Shown: one piece after another, positions 55,461-63,918 of the stretch
Layout: every line of letters starts with the position of its first letter
Numbering within the stretch: position 1 is the stretch's first letter
Source: Candidatus Acidiferrales bacterium
GTDB taxonomy: Bacteria; Acidobacteriota; Terriglobia; Acidiferrales; UBA7541
Assembly: GCA_035943235.1 (NCBI GenBank)
Contig: DASZCH010000129.1
Coordinates: 13,229 to 77,228 of the forward strand
Direction of reading: 5' to 3'
DNA length: 64,000 bases
Notes under the pieces: model-generated
What the model saw: only the letters and a program-made list of their open reading frames with translations
Told to the model about the DNA's origin: nothing
Databases searched by the model: none
Position numbers and translations under genes: made by a program

Positions 55461-56824
55461 TTCTGCGCTCCTTCATCCTGCAAGTGGATTCCGGTGAGTT
55501 CTCCAATGCGGGCCAGCGCACTCTCACGGTCAGCGAAACTCTGCCAGTACTGCTCGTCCAAATTCAGAACGTCCATAAACGAATTCAAAAGCGTCTGAAA
55601 ATCAGAACGATTGTTCTGGTAGGCGACGATGCCAGCCTGGAATTCGGCCCGCGCTTGCGGAATCAGTCCTTCGCGGTAAATCTTGAGTAGGTCGGCGGTT
55701 TTCTGCGCGGTGTCGTAATCAACCCGAAGCTCCGAGGCAACCTGTTGCGACTGGGCTTCGAGGTCGCTGCGAGAACGATCCAAATCTATTTCGGTCTGCG
55801 CCAGTTCCGCGTGAAGTTTGGCGCGATGAATTGGAAGTGACACTCCGAAAGTAAGCATGTAATAAGCGCGATATTGTTCCGGGTCCGTTCGCTGCCACAT
55901 GTACTGCAAGCTGAAGTCGGGCCGAAAGTCCTTATGAGCTAGATCAACCTGGAGTTTTTCGCGCTGGACTATTTCCTGATCACCGGAAATTTCCGGGTTC
56001 TGCTTTTGTGCCGCCGCCAGAAGTTCCTCAAACGTTTGTGAAAGAGGCGTTTCGGATATTTCGGCTGGCTCGATATCCGGTGAACTCTGCGACCGATTCA
56101 GTAGTTGCTTTAATTGCGCCTGCGCCTTCGCGGCTTCGAGATGTTGCATGGTAATTGTGCGCAGGAGTTTCGTTTGCTCAAGCTGTGCTTGCAAAATATC
56201 TTGCTGGTTGCCCATTCCTGAGCGGTAACGCGCGTCGGCTGCCTTTTCGACCTGCCCCAACAATTGACCGTCGCTCTGAAGAATTCCAAGCGTTTTGGAA
56301 AGATAGACAAGCTGGAAATAGGCTGTCTTGACCCCGGCTAGAACAGAGCGACGGACCGCTTCATATTCTTGTTGTGCGACACCGGCATCGCGCTTCGCAA
56401 TTTCACCCTTGAGTTTGAGCTTTCCGGGATACGGCAGGTCCTGCGAAACGCCGAGGCCGATATAAGCAAAGTTGCTATTTGTGTAGCCAGCGAACGGGCG
56501 CGGGCTGCCGACTGTGAACTCCTGCACCACGGCCTGCGGATCGGGCAAGGCCGAAACCTGCGGTGGTACTTGTTTCGCGGATTCCCAACTCTGGCGTGCT
56601 GCCCGAACTTGCGGGTTATTCCGCTCAGCCTCATTCAACAAACCTTGCAAGGAAACGGTTGTTTCCGGGCGCGAGTCAGTCTGCGCGCTCATGACCTGCT
56701 GAGCCGAGACCGGCTGCTCTTGAGCCAAAATGACCGGAGAGAATGAGAGAGTGGCATATGCGAGGTTGATGATTGGAATCAAAAACAGATAATGAAGCGG
56801 CTTATTGCCGCGCAAGGCGGACAT
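55457..56824 (-). CDS. TolC-family outer membrane efflux factor
   Basis: Two TolC-type repeats (LNEAERNNPQVRAARQSWESAK...; LLAAAQKQNPEISGDQEIVQ...). 4-nt overlap with the adaptor gene. Start at MSALRGNK, with a GGGAGGAAG RBS. Confidence 0.85.
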   Translation of the reverse strand: MSALRGNKPLHYLFLIPIINLAYATLSFSPVILAQEQPVSAQQVMSAQTDSRPETTVSLQGLLNEAERNNPQVRAARQSWESAKQVPPQVSALPDPQAVVQEFTVGSPRPFAGYTNSNFAYIGLGVSQDLPYPGKLKLKGEIAKRDAGVAQQEYEAVRRSVLAGVKTAYFQLVYLSKTLGILQSDGQLLGQVEKAADARYRSGMGNQQDILQAQLEQTKLLRTITMQHLEAAKAQAQLKQLLNRSQSSPDIEPAEISETPLSQTFEELLAAAQKQNPEISGDQEIVQREKLQVDLAHKDFRPDFSLQYMWQRTDPEQYRAYYMLTFGVSLPIHRAKLHAELAQTEIDLDRSRSDLEAQSQQVASELRVDYDTAQKTADLLKIYREGLIPQARAEFQAGIVAYQNNRSDFQTLLNSFMDVLNLDEQYWQSFADRESALARIGELTGIHLQDEGAQK

Positions 56825-56943
56825 TTCTTCCTCCCGAAGAGACCATTGTTGAGCGAAATATTGGACCCGCACTTCGAATGAGAAGGCGCGAATTAGGGAC
56901 ACATACGGCGGGCGTGCGCTGGAGGCACACGCGTAGAGGCGGT

Positions 56944-57294
56944 CTAGATCAGGAGGGAGGAATGAAGGGTGTACAGTTCGGGCGGTGAATGCTGCGGCGC
57001 CGGCACGGTTGGCGAAGGCTCTGGAGCGTAGGCGAGATGCTCCGCGATGGGCGGATACTCAATCGCCGCGACTGCCGGACTGTGTAGCGAAGCGTGGTGA
57101 CCGGGCAACATGGCGCGTGCCTGCGTCGAAACCATGTTCTTGCAGCATCCCTGATTGTGGTTCGCAGGCGTGCAAGGCATAGATTGGCAGCACTGCATCG
57201 CTGCCGGGTCGCCATTGATGGCAGCCATGCACTCGCCGATTTGCAGCGAAGCCAAGGCAAGCATCGCCGCCACGAAGAATAGTCGCTTCACCAT
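56944..57294 (-). CDS. Small exported Cys/His/Met-rich protein heading the cus operon
   Basis: Signal peptide MVKRLFFVAAMLALASLQ. Sequence GECMAAINGDPAAMQCCQSMPCTPANHNQGCCKNM...PGHHASLH. No family recognised. Confidence 0.5.
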   Translation of the reverse strand: MVKRLFFVAAMLALASLQIGECMAAINGDPAAMQCCQSMPCTPANHNQGCCKNMVSTQARAMLPGHHASLHSPAVAAIEYPPIAEHLAYAPEPSPTVPAPQHSPPELYTLHSSLLI

Positions 57295-57628
57295 CGCATC
57301 CACTCTAAGGCCCACCGACTGTGCGGGTCAAGCCGCGCGGTCGTGGGGAATTCGATATGATTACTGAGCGACTTGCCTGATCCACCTCTGCCAGTCTTCG
57401 GGCATTCTTCCTCATTTCCACCCCATCGGCGGCAAGCAATACCTAAAGCAGCTCCCCATCGGATCGACGATTTACGGCAAGCCGCGCAAGTGCGATTTTC
57501 TCGTAATCAATCGCCCGCAGTTCCCCGATGACCTAATCATCGAATGCAAGTGGCAGCAATCCAGAGGCTCAGTTGACAATCCACTGCGCTTGATCTCAGA
57601 AACTTCGCAGTTCGGACGCCGAGTCCGC

Positions 57629-58018
57629 CTAACCCAAGTATTTCTTCAAGGGCTCCCAATACATTCGCGGCCATCCACCGTCAAGGTGGTCACGATGCTC
57701 AGCAGCAAACCCAGAGTGGTCGAGGAAGAGGCGAGTCCCGGAGCCTTGCTTCTGCAGCTCGAATTTGACGATGGAATAGACGCCCTCGGGCCACATCGCG
57801 ACGTGCCACGCCTGGACGATTCGGCGATTAGGTACAAGCTCGATCATTCGCCCCGTAATTTGCCCACCGAAGCATTTGAACGCGCCACCTGCTCCCGGTT
57901 CGATTTCTGCAGGAATACCGCCTGAAAACGCGGAGAACTGCTTCGAATCGGTCAACGCTTCGTAGACTCGCTGAGGGGTGGCCGCAAAATCAACTTCCTG
58001 GTGGATGGGTTCAGACAT
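57629..58018 (-). CDS. SRPBCC/AHSA1-domain protein
   Basis: Sequence IHQEVDFAATPQRVYEALTDSKQFSAFSG...GRMIELVPNRRIVQAW......LFLDHSGF. Start placed at MSEPIHQ. Confidence 0.8.
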   Translation of the reverse strand: MSEPIHQEVDFAATPQRVYEALTDSKQFSAFSGGIPAEIEPGAGGAFKCFGGQITGRMIELVPNRRIVQAWHVAMWPEGVYSIVKFELQKQGSGTRLFLDHSGFAAEHRDHLDGGWPRMYWEPLKKYLG

Positions 58019-58204
58019 TGGCGATCGCTCCGGTTCGCAATTTTGATTTTTGAGTTTGTCTCGACCGCTCCGACTTGGAGAGGCAGTCTGGACAAAGGCG
58101 GTATGATTGGAGCGTATTGCAAGAATATGTTCAAGATCATATTTTAGACTCCAGACTGAAGAACGTACCAGCGTCGCTGAAAGCGTAAGGGAGGCTTTGG
58201 ACTG

Positions 58205-58858
58205 ATGCCCTATCCAAAAGGTCATTACGAGCAGACCAAGCAGAAAATCATCGGAAGCGCTCGACGGTTATTCAATCGCTTCGGATTCGACCGCGTGTCG
58301 GTCAACGCAATCATGAAAGACGCCGGTCTCACGCGCGGAGCGTTCTATAGTTATTTCCGTAGCAAAAGCGATCTCTATGCTGAAGTTTTGGAATGCTTCT
58401 TCACCGATCCGGGTTGGAGCAACTCCTGGAAGGGAGTGCACATTGACTTGAGGGCCGCCGACATCGGGCCTCAGATCGTTCGGGCCTATCTGTCTCGACA
58501 GCATCTAGAGAACGTCGCTAATTCGTGTCCGATGGTTGCGTTGCCAAGCGACGTGGCGCGGAGCGGGCCGAGCGCGAAAAAAGCCTTCGAAAGAGTGCTC
58601 AAAGCGATGGTCCGTATACTAGAGCGCGGCTTGCAAAGCGGAAAACACTCTCGTCACACGGCCGCTCAAGCGGTCGCCGCCTTGTGTGTTGGCGGCATGG
58701 TGACGGCACGCGCCGTCGACGATCACAATTTTGCTGACAAGCTGCGGAAGGCCTCCATGGCTGTCGCGCTAAAACTCGGCGGTTGGGGGAACGGCCCCAA
58801 TTCGAAATCAAATGGATCCAGGCGTGGTGCAAGAGCCGTTAAGGATTTGTCGACATAA
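58205..58858 (+). CDS. TetR/AcrR-family transcriptional regulator
   Basis: Sequence KIIGSARRLFNRFGFDRVSVNAIMKDAGLTRGAFYSYFRSKSDLYAEV. Confidence 0.85.
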   Translation: MPYPKGHYEQTKQKIIGSARRLFNRFGFDRVSVNAIMKDAGLTRGAFYSYFRSKSDLYAEVLECFFTDPGWSNSWKGVHIDLRAADIGPQIVRAYLSRQHLENVANSCPMVALPSDVARSGPSAKKAFERVLKAMVRILERGLQSGKHSRHTAAQAVAALCVGGMVTARAVDDHNFADKLRKASMAVALKLGGWGNGPNSKSNGSRRGARAVKDLST

Positions 58859-59071
58859 CCCAGTGCCGAAGTGACACCTTCCGCGTTGCTGCTGCCATCA
58901 TGGCGAAGTTGCTAGACCATCCGGCAGAGGCGTGGCCTCCTGGCGCTTGAGCCACGTACTACAAATTGATTGTGGGTTGGAGGCGAGAAGGGATCGAATG
59001 ACCATGATAAGGGCGGCGCCAGCTCTGTACGTACCCGTCGCAAGGGCGGCCCGATATTTTATGCATTCGAC

Positions 59072-59797
59072 CTATATTTTTTGTGACGGACTCGACCTGA
59101 GATCGTTTTCGTTGAGCCTCCACCCTCGAACCAGAAGCCAAAGAGGGAGAAGGAGTTCCGTAAAAGAGACAGCAAACAGAAATCCAAGCCGCGCATTCGG
59201 ATAAAAGTAAGGCTGCATCGAATTCACCACCCAAACGAAACCGTCCAGCACGAGTAGTACACCAAGCAGTTTGGGAATGTACCCCGACCGGTAAATCAAA
59301 TAGCCCAGCAGCCCAAGATGAATTCCGAAAATGAACAGACCCCAGCCGTAATTATACGAGTTCAGCAAGAGGAGTACCTGCGCATGCAGAGGGCCTGCTC
59401 CAAAGACTGGCAGATAAACCGGCGAGTGGAGCACCCGGTACACAGTTAGAAGGTTTGATAAAGGCAAAATAGCGAGTGCGGCGTAGATCAAACGAAACCA
59501 AGCGGTGAGCAGTGACAAGGACCTGTTTACCGGCACCAGCAAAACGTACAGCGCCCAGGCAATGACGATGTCAAGAATGTAAGTAACGAGATAGCAGAGA
59601 ATTGCTGCGGCAAAGAGCTGTCCATGACTAGCGATATTCTGTGAAGTTCGTTCGATGTCGCCCGGAATGATTAGCTTTGGCTTGATATAGAACTCGGCAA
59701 TGGCTACAGGCATGAGGAAGTAAGCAATGCCAGCGACGAGCGAGGCCTGGCGAAGGGTAAGGCCGTGATTCGTAGACAGCGGGCTAGGTGAGCTCAT
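59072..59797 (-). CDS. DUF4386-type integral membrane protein
   Basis: Sequence LRQASLVAGIAYFLMPVAIAEFYI.P.LI..GD...T..NI..H..LF...I..YL. 4-nt overlap with the upstream gene. Confidence 0.65.
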   Translation of the reverse strand: MSSPSPLSTNHGLTLRQASLVAGIAYFLMPVAIAEFYIKPKLIIPGDIERTSQNIASHGQLFAAAILCYLVTYILDIVIAWALYVLLVPVNRSLSLLTAWFRLIYAALAILPLSNLLTVYRVLHSPVYLPVFGAGPLHAQVLLLLNSYNYGWGLFIFGIHLGLLGYLIYRSGYIPKLLGVLLVLDGFVWVVNSMQPYFYPNARLGFLFAVSFTELLLPLWLLVRGWRLNENDLRSSPSQKI

Positions 59798-60453
59798 CCT
59801 TCGCTCCTGGACGGCTTTGAAGTGGCCGACCGCACAAACTTCATAAAGTCAGAATCAGCCAGACGAGATGGGTGCACTTCGGAGCCCAAGCCGAAGAACC
59901 GGCAGAAGCTCATGATTAGCGGGCGCCACCGGCCCGGATCGATGTGCGGCCGCGGCCCATCTCCGACGAGCAGCGCTTCGTCCACGTGCAGCCGGACAAT
60001 GTGCACCTCGAAGCAATTGGCCGACACATTCTTCCCGAAGGGCCGCCAATCATGAATGATGGCCTCCATCTGGATGGGACATTCTGCGACACGCGGCGGC
60101 AAAACCTCCAACGAAGCCAGTGGCGTGAATCCCGCAAGCCCGAATTTGTCGCTCTCATACCGATAACCCCAGCTCAGCTTCTTCTCGGGGACTGGGTTCC
60201 TGCCGGTCGTGAGCGCCAAACGATCGACTTGGCTGACCTGGTCCTGGCTAGGCAGATTTATGACGCATTGTCGCGTGCGAATAAGATTCTCGGAAGTTCG
60301 ACCCATCGATCCGAGGCCGAGCATGCAGCTCCAGCCGAGCCACCATGCAGAAGACATGGGCGCAAGGTTCGCGCTGCCGTCTTCATTAATGCTGGAGATA
60401 AGGGCGACGGGAGTCCCGAAGTAGAGGATAGTCGGCTCGATGCTCCTGTGCAT
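59794..60453 (-). CDS. Flavin reductase-like (FMN-binding split-barrel) protein
   Basis: Sequence TPVALISSINEDGSANLAPMSSAWWLG...CVINLPS. Confidence 0.75.
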   Translation of the reverse strand: MHRSIEPTILYFGTPVALISSINEDGSANLAPMSSAWWLGWSCMLGLGSMGRTSENLIRTRQCVINLPSQDQVSQVDRLALTTGRNPVPEKKLSWGYRYESDKFGLAGFTPLASLEVLPPRVAECPIQMEAIIHDWRPFGKNVSANCFEVHIVRLHVDEALLVGDGPRPHIDPGRWRPLIMSFCRFFGLGSEVHPSRLADSDFMKFVRSATSKPSRSEG

Positions 60454-60537
60454 CTCGCCACCTTAGCGGCTATTGACCACAGCAATCTATCCGTTTCTTG
60501 CGCTCAAATTCGGGCCAATCCGCGCCGCCGTCTTTAA

Positions 60538-60960
60538 ATGTGGGTTGTTCGCTCAATCTTCTACTTCGCGAATGTGGATGAGGCCGCCGAGTCCATCCCG
60601 GTTTTTGCGGAGAGGGATAAGCTTCGCTGGGGTCCGGGTAGGGACAGCCATGAGATCGCGACCATTGGGTTGATTGGACATTGCCAAGCAGGGCCTTCAA
60701 GTGCATGGTGCAGGAAAATCACAGGCCGCCTCTTTGGCACCGGGCAGGCCGCATCGGACGCAGGCAAAGAGGTCGCTCTTCGGAATGGCATCGGCACTGT
60801 GCAGATTTATAGTTTGGCTACCGCCAGGCAGATTGAAACCCTCACATTCGGTAAGCCGTTGGCCTATTACACGTTTTCGGCCGATGGTTCAGAGCTTTTC
60901 GCCGTCACTGAAGATCAAACGGTTTATCTTCTGAACCTGAGCGAATCGAAGGCGAATTGA
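60538..60960 (+). pseudogene. Probable 3' remnant of a WD40/beta-propeller-like gene
   Basis: Only the last ~55 aa look protein-like (..GIGTVQIYSLATARQIETLTFGKPLAYYTFSADGSELFAVTEDQTVYLLNLSESKAN*). The 3' end is part of the 260-270 bp repeat. Confidence 0.35.
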
Positions 60961-61128
60961 AAGTAAGGCCCAAACGACTCGCACCCTTGGTCACTGCCAA
61001 ATCGAGATTCATGGCCCACTTCTCTTCGGGGGATCGACCTGCGCGTGATTTCCTGTCCATGGGGCCTCCTGTTGGGCGGCCCTGATTCTACCTAACTGCG
61101 GTGTCCAGTTTTAGAGGGGTGCAATACA
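60861..61128 (+). repeat. Right copy of the ~260-270 bp direct repeat (partner at 26581..26850)
   Basis: See 26581..26850. Ends at ..GGGGTGCAATACA. Confidence 0.9.
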
Positions 61129-61465
61129 TGTGTTTGCATGGCGTGCCCTGTAGTACCCGCTGGCAACCTGTTTCATCTGAGGACGTATGAGAGGTTTGCG
61201 GGTTAATTCCCGAAGTAGCGACAGTGCTGACCGGAAGGCTCGAAGGGATACGAGGCACCAACAGCGTTTAACTTATTCTCAAGTTGGGAGGAGCGAAATT
61301 CCCTGAGAAAAGCTTAGAAAATTGCAACTGCGGCTACCACACAATTCTTCACATCGCGGGTACGAGGATTGCTACACTCCGCGGATGCCCAGAAGAATCG
61401 TAGCGATAGCATTACCCGTGAAGGCGCACACATAAGTCTTCGCGCGGGGCGTTCTTTGATACGTT

Positions 61466-61822
61466 TTATGTTTCCCTCTTGAATGTGACGGTGACACTAG
61501 CTTGGACCCCCGCTTCAGCGATGAACGCGAGTTTACCCTTAGCCGTGAAACCGAGAGAAATTTCAACACTATCGAAACGCACTCCCTTGGGAGCTCTCGT
61601 AAAAGCATTTTCTAGGATCTGTTCGACCTGACCTGACACCTTTTCAAAATCTTTCTTCACATCGCCTACGGACCTGCCGAAAAGTGTCCCCGGTGTATTG
61701 GAACCAAACAGATGCAATTCCACCTCACCGGCCTTCGCGACTGGCTTCTCACCCTGAAAAACAATAATGTCACGATCTTCGATGTTGGCTTTAGGCATCA
61801 TGGATTTCGTTTTACGTTTCAT
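61466..61822 (-). CDS. Trypco1-like (trypsin co-occurring domain 1 / CU044_2847-like) small protein
   Basis: GGAGG RBS 6 nt upstream of ATG 61822. 118 aa. The C-terminal FDSVEISLGFTAKGKLAFIAEAGVQASVTVTFKR matches the family pattern (..EV.VEFG..L....G..I.......V.V.W). Located 29 nt downstream of a trypsin-like protease gene. Confidence 0.65.
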   Translation of the reverse strand: MKRKTKSMMPKANIEDRDIIVFQGEKPVAKAGEVELHLFGSNTPGTLFGRSVGDVKKDFEKVSGQVEQILENAFTRAPKGVRFDSVEISLGFTAKGKLAFIAEAGVQASVTVTFKRET

Positions 61823-61851
61823 CGACCGCCTCCATTTCTTAGGGAAATCTC

Positions 61852-62838
61852 TCAGAGCAGCAGCTCTAGAGCTAATGTTTCGGCAGCTTGCCCCAAGTGC
61901 TGGCAAAAGCCTTCCTGTTGGTCGTTTGCGAGGCTTGTAACACTCCCCATGTAAATGCCCACACCCTCGGCATTAGCGTTGAGAACGAGGCTACCAGAAT
62001 CACCGGGCTTCCCGGGATTCGCTAGAAAGACGCGGAGTGGAATCGTGTAATGTAACGAGCCCCTGCTGGGAGTAACTTCGATGACTTTCGTTTGAAAAAT
62101 TCCCGACTCACGGCCATAAACCTGAACATCAGTCCATTGGGCAATGTGAGTCTGCGCGACAAAATGATGCAAATGAGACGGCAATAGAGTGCGAGGCACT
62201 TGTATCAGAGCTGCATCAATTCCCTCCGGGGCGAGATCTAGGAGTTTACCAAGGCCTTTCGTCAGCGGTACGGGATTGCCTAGAATTCGCTGACCGACCA
62301 CGTGCTTGGCTGTCACCAGCCCTACCTTCTTTTGGAGGCTTGGTTTCAAGCTCCTTGCCCAGCAAGCAGCTGTGCCATTCGCGGGATGGATTTGCGGCAA
62401 TTGGTGAAATTCCCAGCGAGATGGCCTGATAAACGCGGGGAACTGAAGGTTCCCGATCTTCACGCTAAGATCCGTTTGAGGCTCGACAAGAAGAATTTCA
62501 TCAAGTTCCGGGACGCCAGGAGCGGTGTATAGCAAAGCAGCGAAAGCATCCTTTTCATATTCGGGATCCGCGAACCCGTAGGTCACCATCTCTAGACCGG
62601 CTACGCTGCGACCAATTCTTTGCTCTTCGAACGCTTTCTGAAGCGCAATGGTCCATAGGATCGCGCGCTGCTCATCCTCTGACTGCTCTTCAATCTGTTC
62701 TCGCAGACGCGCGTAAAGATCACGGTCGCCGCCAAGCTCCTGCGGAGCTGGCAACCTCGATGGCAGTAGATCCAAGCCTTGGCTTTTTTCAAAGTTCATA
62801 ACAAGCCTCACTACGGGTCGGGTTAGGTTGGACTCCAC
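61852..62838 (-). CDS. Trypsin-like serine protease with an uncharacterised ~150-aa N-terminal region
   Basis: Catalytic triad motifs in the canonical order: GLVTAKHVVG (His), GIDAALIQV (Asp), GKPGDSGSLVL (Ser). Start could also be 62799 (MNFEKSQ). Confidence 0.8.
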   Translation of the reverse strand: MESNLTRPVVRLVMNFEKSQGLDLLPSRLPAPQELGGDRDLYARLREQIEEQSEDEQRAILWTIALQKAFEEQRIGRSVAGLEMVTYGFADPEYEKDAFAALLYTAPGVPELDEILLVEPQTDLSVKIGNLQFPAFIRPSRWEFHQLPQIHPANGTAACWARSLKPSLQKKVGLVTAKHVVGQRILGNPVPLTKGLGKLLDLAPEGIDAALIQVPRTLLPSHLHHFVAQTHIAQWTDVQVYGRESGIFQTKVIEVTPSRGSLHYTIPLRVFLANPGKPGDSGSLVLNANAEGVGIYMGSVTSLANDQQEGFCQHLGQAAETLALELLL

Positions 62839-62904
62839 GCACCTGTTACGAAGGCAACGCCAAACACTCGCTCACGGCAAACGAAATGTATGAACATGTA
62901 CAAA

Positions 62905-62925
62905 GGGCCGCTTTGCGAGCGGCCC
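62905..62925 (-). terminator. Rho-independent terminator after the PilZ gene
   Basis: On the minus strand: GGGCCGCT-CGCAA-AGCGGCCC (8-bp GC stem) followed by TTTG. It lies 21 nt after the PilZ stop. Confidence 0.5.
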
Positions 62926-62945
62926 CCCAGCCCTTTAAGCGGCAT

Positions 62946-63179
62946 TCAGCCGAATGAAGCGCAGCACCTCGCTTCCAGCACGGTGATAGTTGCTTCGTTG
63001 TGGCTAATCGTGAGCCGCACCTCTGTGTCTACCGATAAGGTGCTCATCGTATCCAAATAGCAGCCAACTGTACTCACGTCGGACGTTCGCGCTTTGAGTC
63101 GCGCCTCTGTTCGCACATCAATTAGCTCCGCAGACGCTATTAGAGGGCGTCGCGGAGCGCGTCGGTTTTCCTGTGTCAT
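62946..63179 (-). CDS. PilZ-domain protein (single domain, short)
   Basis: RRAPRRPL (RxxxR) and DVSTVGCYL (D.S..G) motifs. Confidence 0.7.
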   Translation of the reverse strand: MTQENRRAPRRPLIASAELIDVRTEARLKARTSDVSTVGCYLDTMSTLSVDTEVRLTISHNEATITVLEARCCASFG

Positions 63180-63248
63180 TGGCTCTAAGATATAAAGGGT
63201 GAGAAGACTACCATAAAATATAGGGTCTTAATATCACGCCCTTCACGG

Positions 63249-63491
63249 ATGGCGAACAAAGGGCGAACATGTTATCTTCTCGTAGTGATGCTCTCAGATA
63301 CGATGAGCGAGGCCGACTTGCAAAAGCTGACGAATGATCTTGCCCTTCTCAGTCCGTACACGGTGCGCGAGTTCTATCGAGAAAAACTAGAAGCCTGCCG
63401 CTTGCAACCTGGGACGGACAAACTGCCAGCCCCTCGAATAATCCAACAACTTGTCGTAGCGTGGAGACTGCTTAGGAAATGGCAGGCATGA
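63249..63491 (+). CDS. Hypothetical protein
   Basis: ORF only, no recognisable motif. The true start may be the internal MSEADLQK. Confidence 0.3.
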   Translation: MANKGRTCYLLVVMLSDTMSEADLQKLTNDLALLSPYTVREFYREKLEACRLQPGTDKLPAPRIIQQLVVAWRLLRKWQA

Positions 63492-63495
63492 ATCC

Positions 63496-63594
63496 ATGTG
63501 CAACCGCTACCGCTTGACTCACGCTCAACGCTACCTCGCTGAACGCTTCCAGGCATGGGATGACTTTGATGGAGCAGACGCACTTCAACGATGA
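63496..63594 (+). pseudogene. N-terminal fragment of an SOS-response-associated peptidase (SRAP/YedK-like)
   Basis: The ORF begins MCNRYRLTHAQRYLAERF.., which is the SRAP hallmark MC.RY/F.L. It stops after 32 codons, and no RYNIAP-type continuation was found in any frame. Confidence 0.4.
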
Positions 63595-63918
63595 GCGGTG
63601 GCGAAAATTTCGGTCGTCACACAGTGCCCTCTAAGCACAGCCGGATGCCGCTATCGTTTGCGAGTGTCTCGTCTCAGTTGCGATTACTTCTACGGCAGGC
63701 CGAGTCACACTCGAAGTGATTGCGGGATAGCTTCCGGGTAGCCGACAATCTGGGAGTAACTGCGTCGCGGAAGCAGTTCAATTTGTGGCCGACGGCACCC
63801 AAGCCATGCCATCCACGCCCTTCGTGAGCCGAATGGGCTCTTCCAGTTTCCAGGCCTTAAGATTTAGGATCTCTGTGCGCTCGCCTGGGTTTGTCGGTGA
63901 GGACGGAGACGGAAGTAC

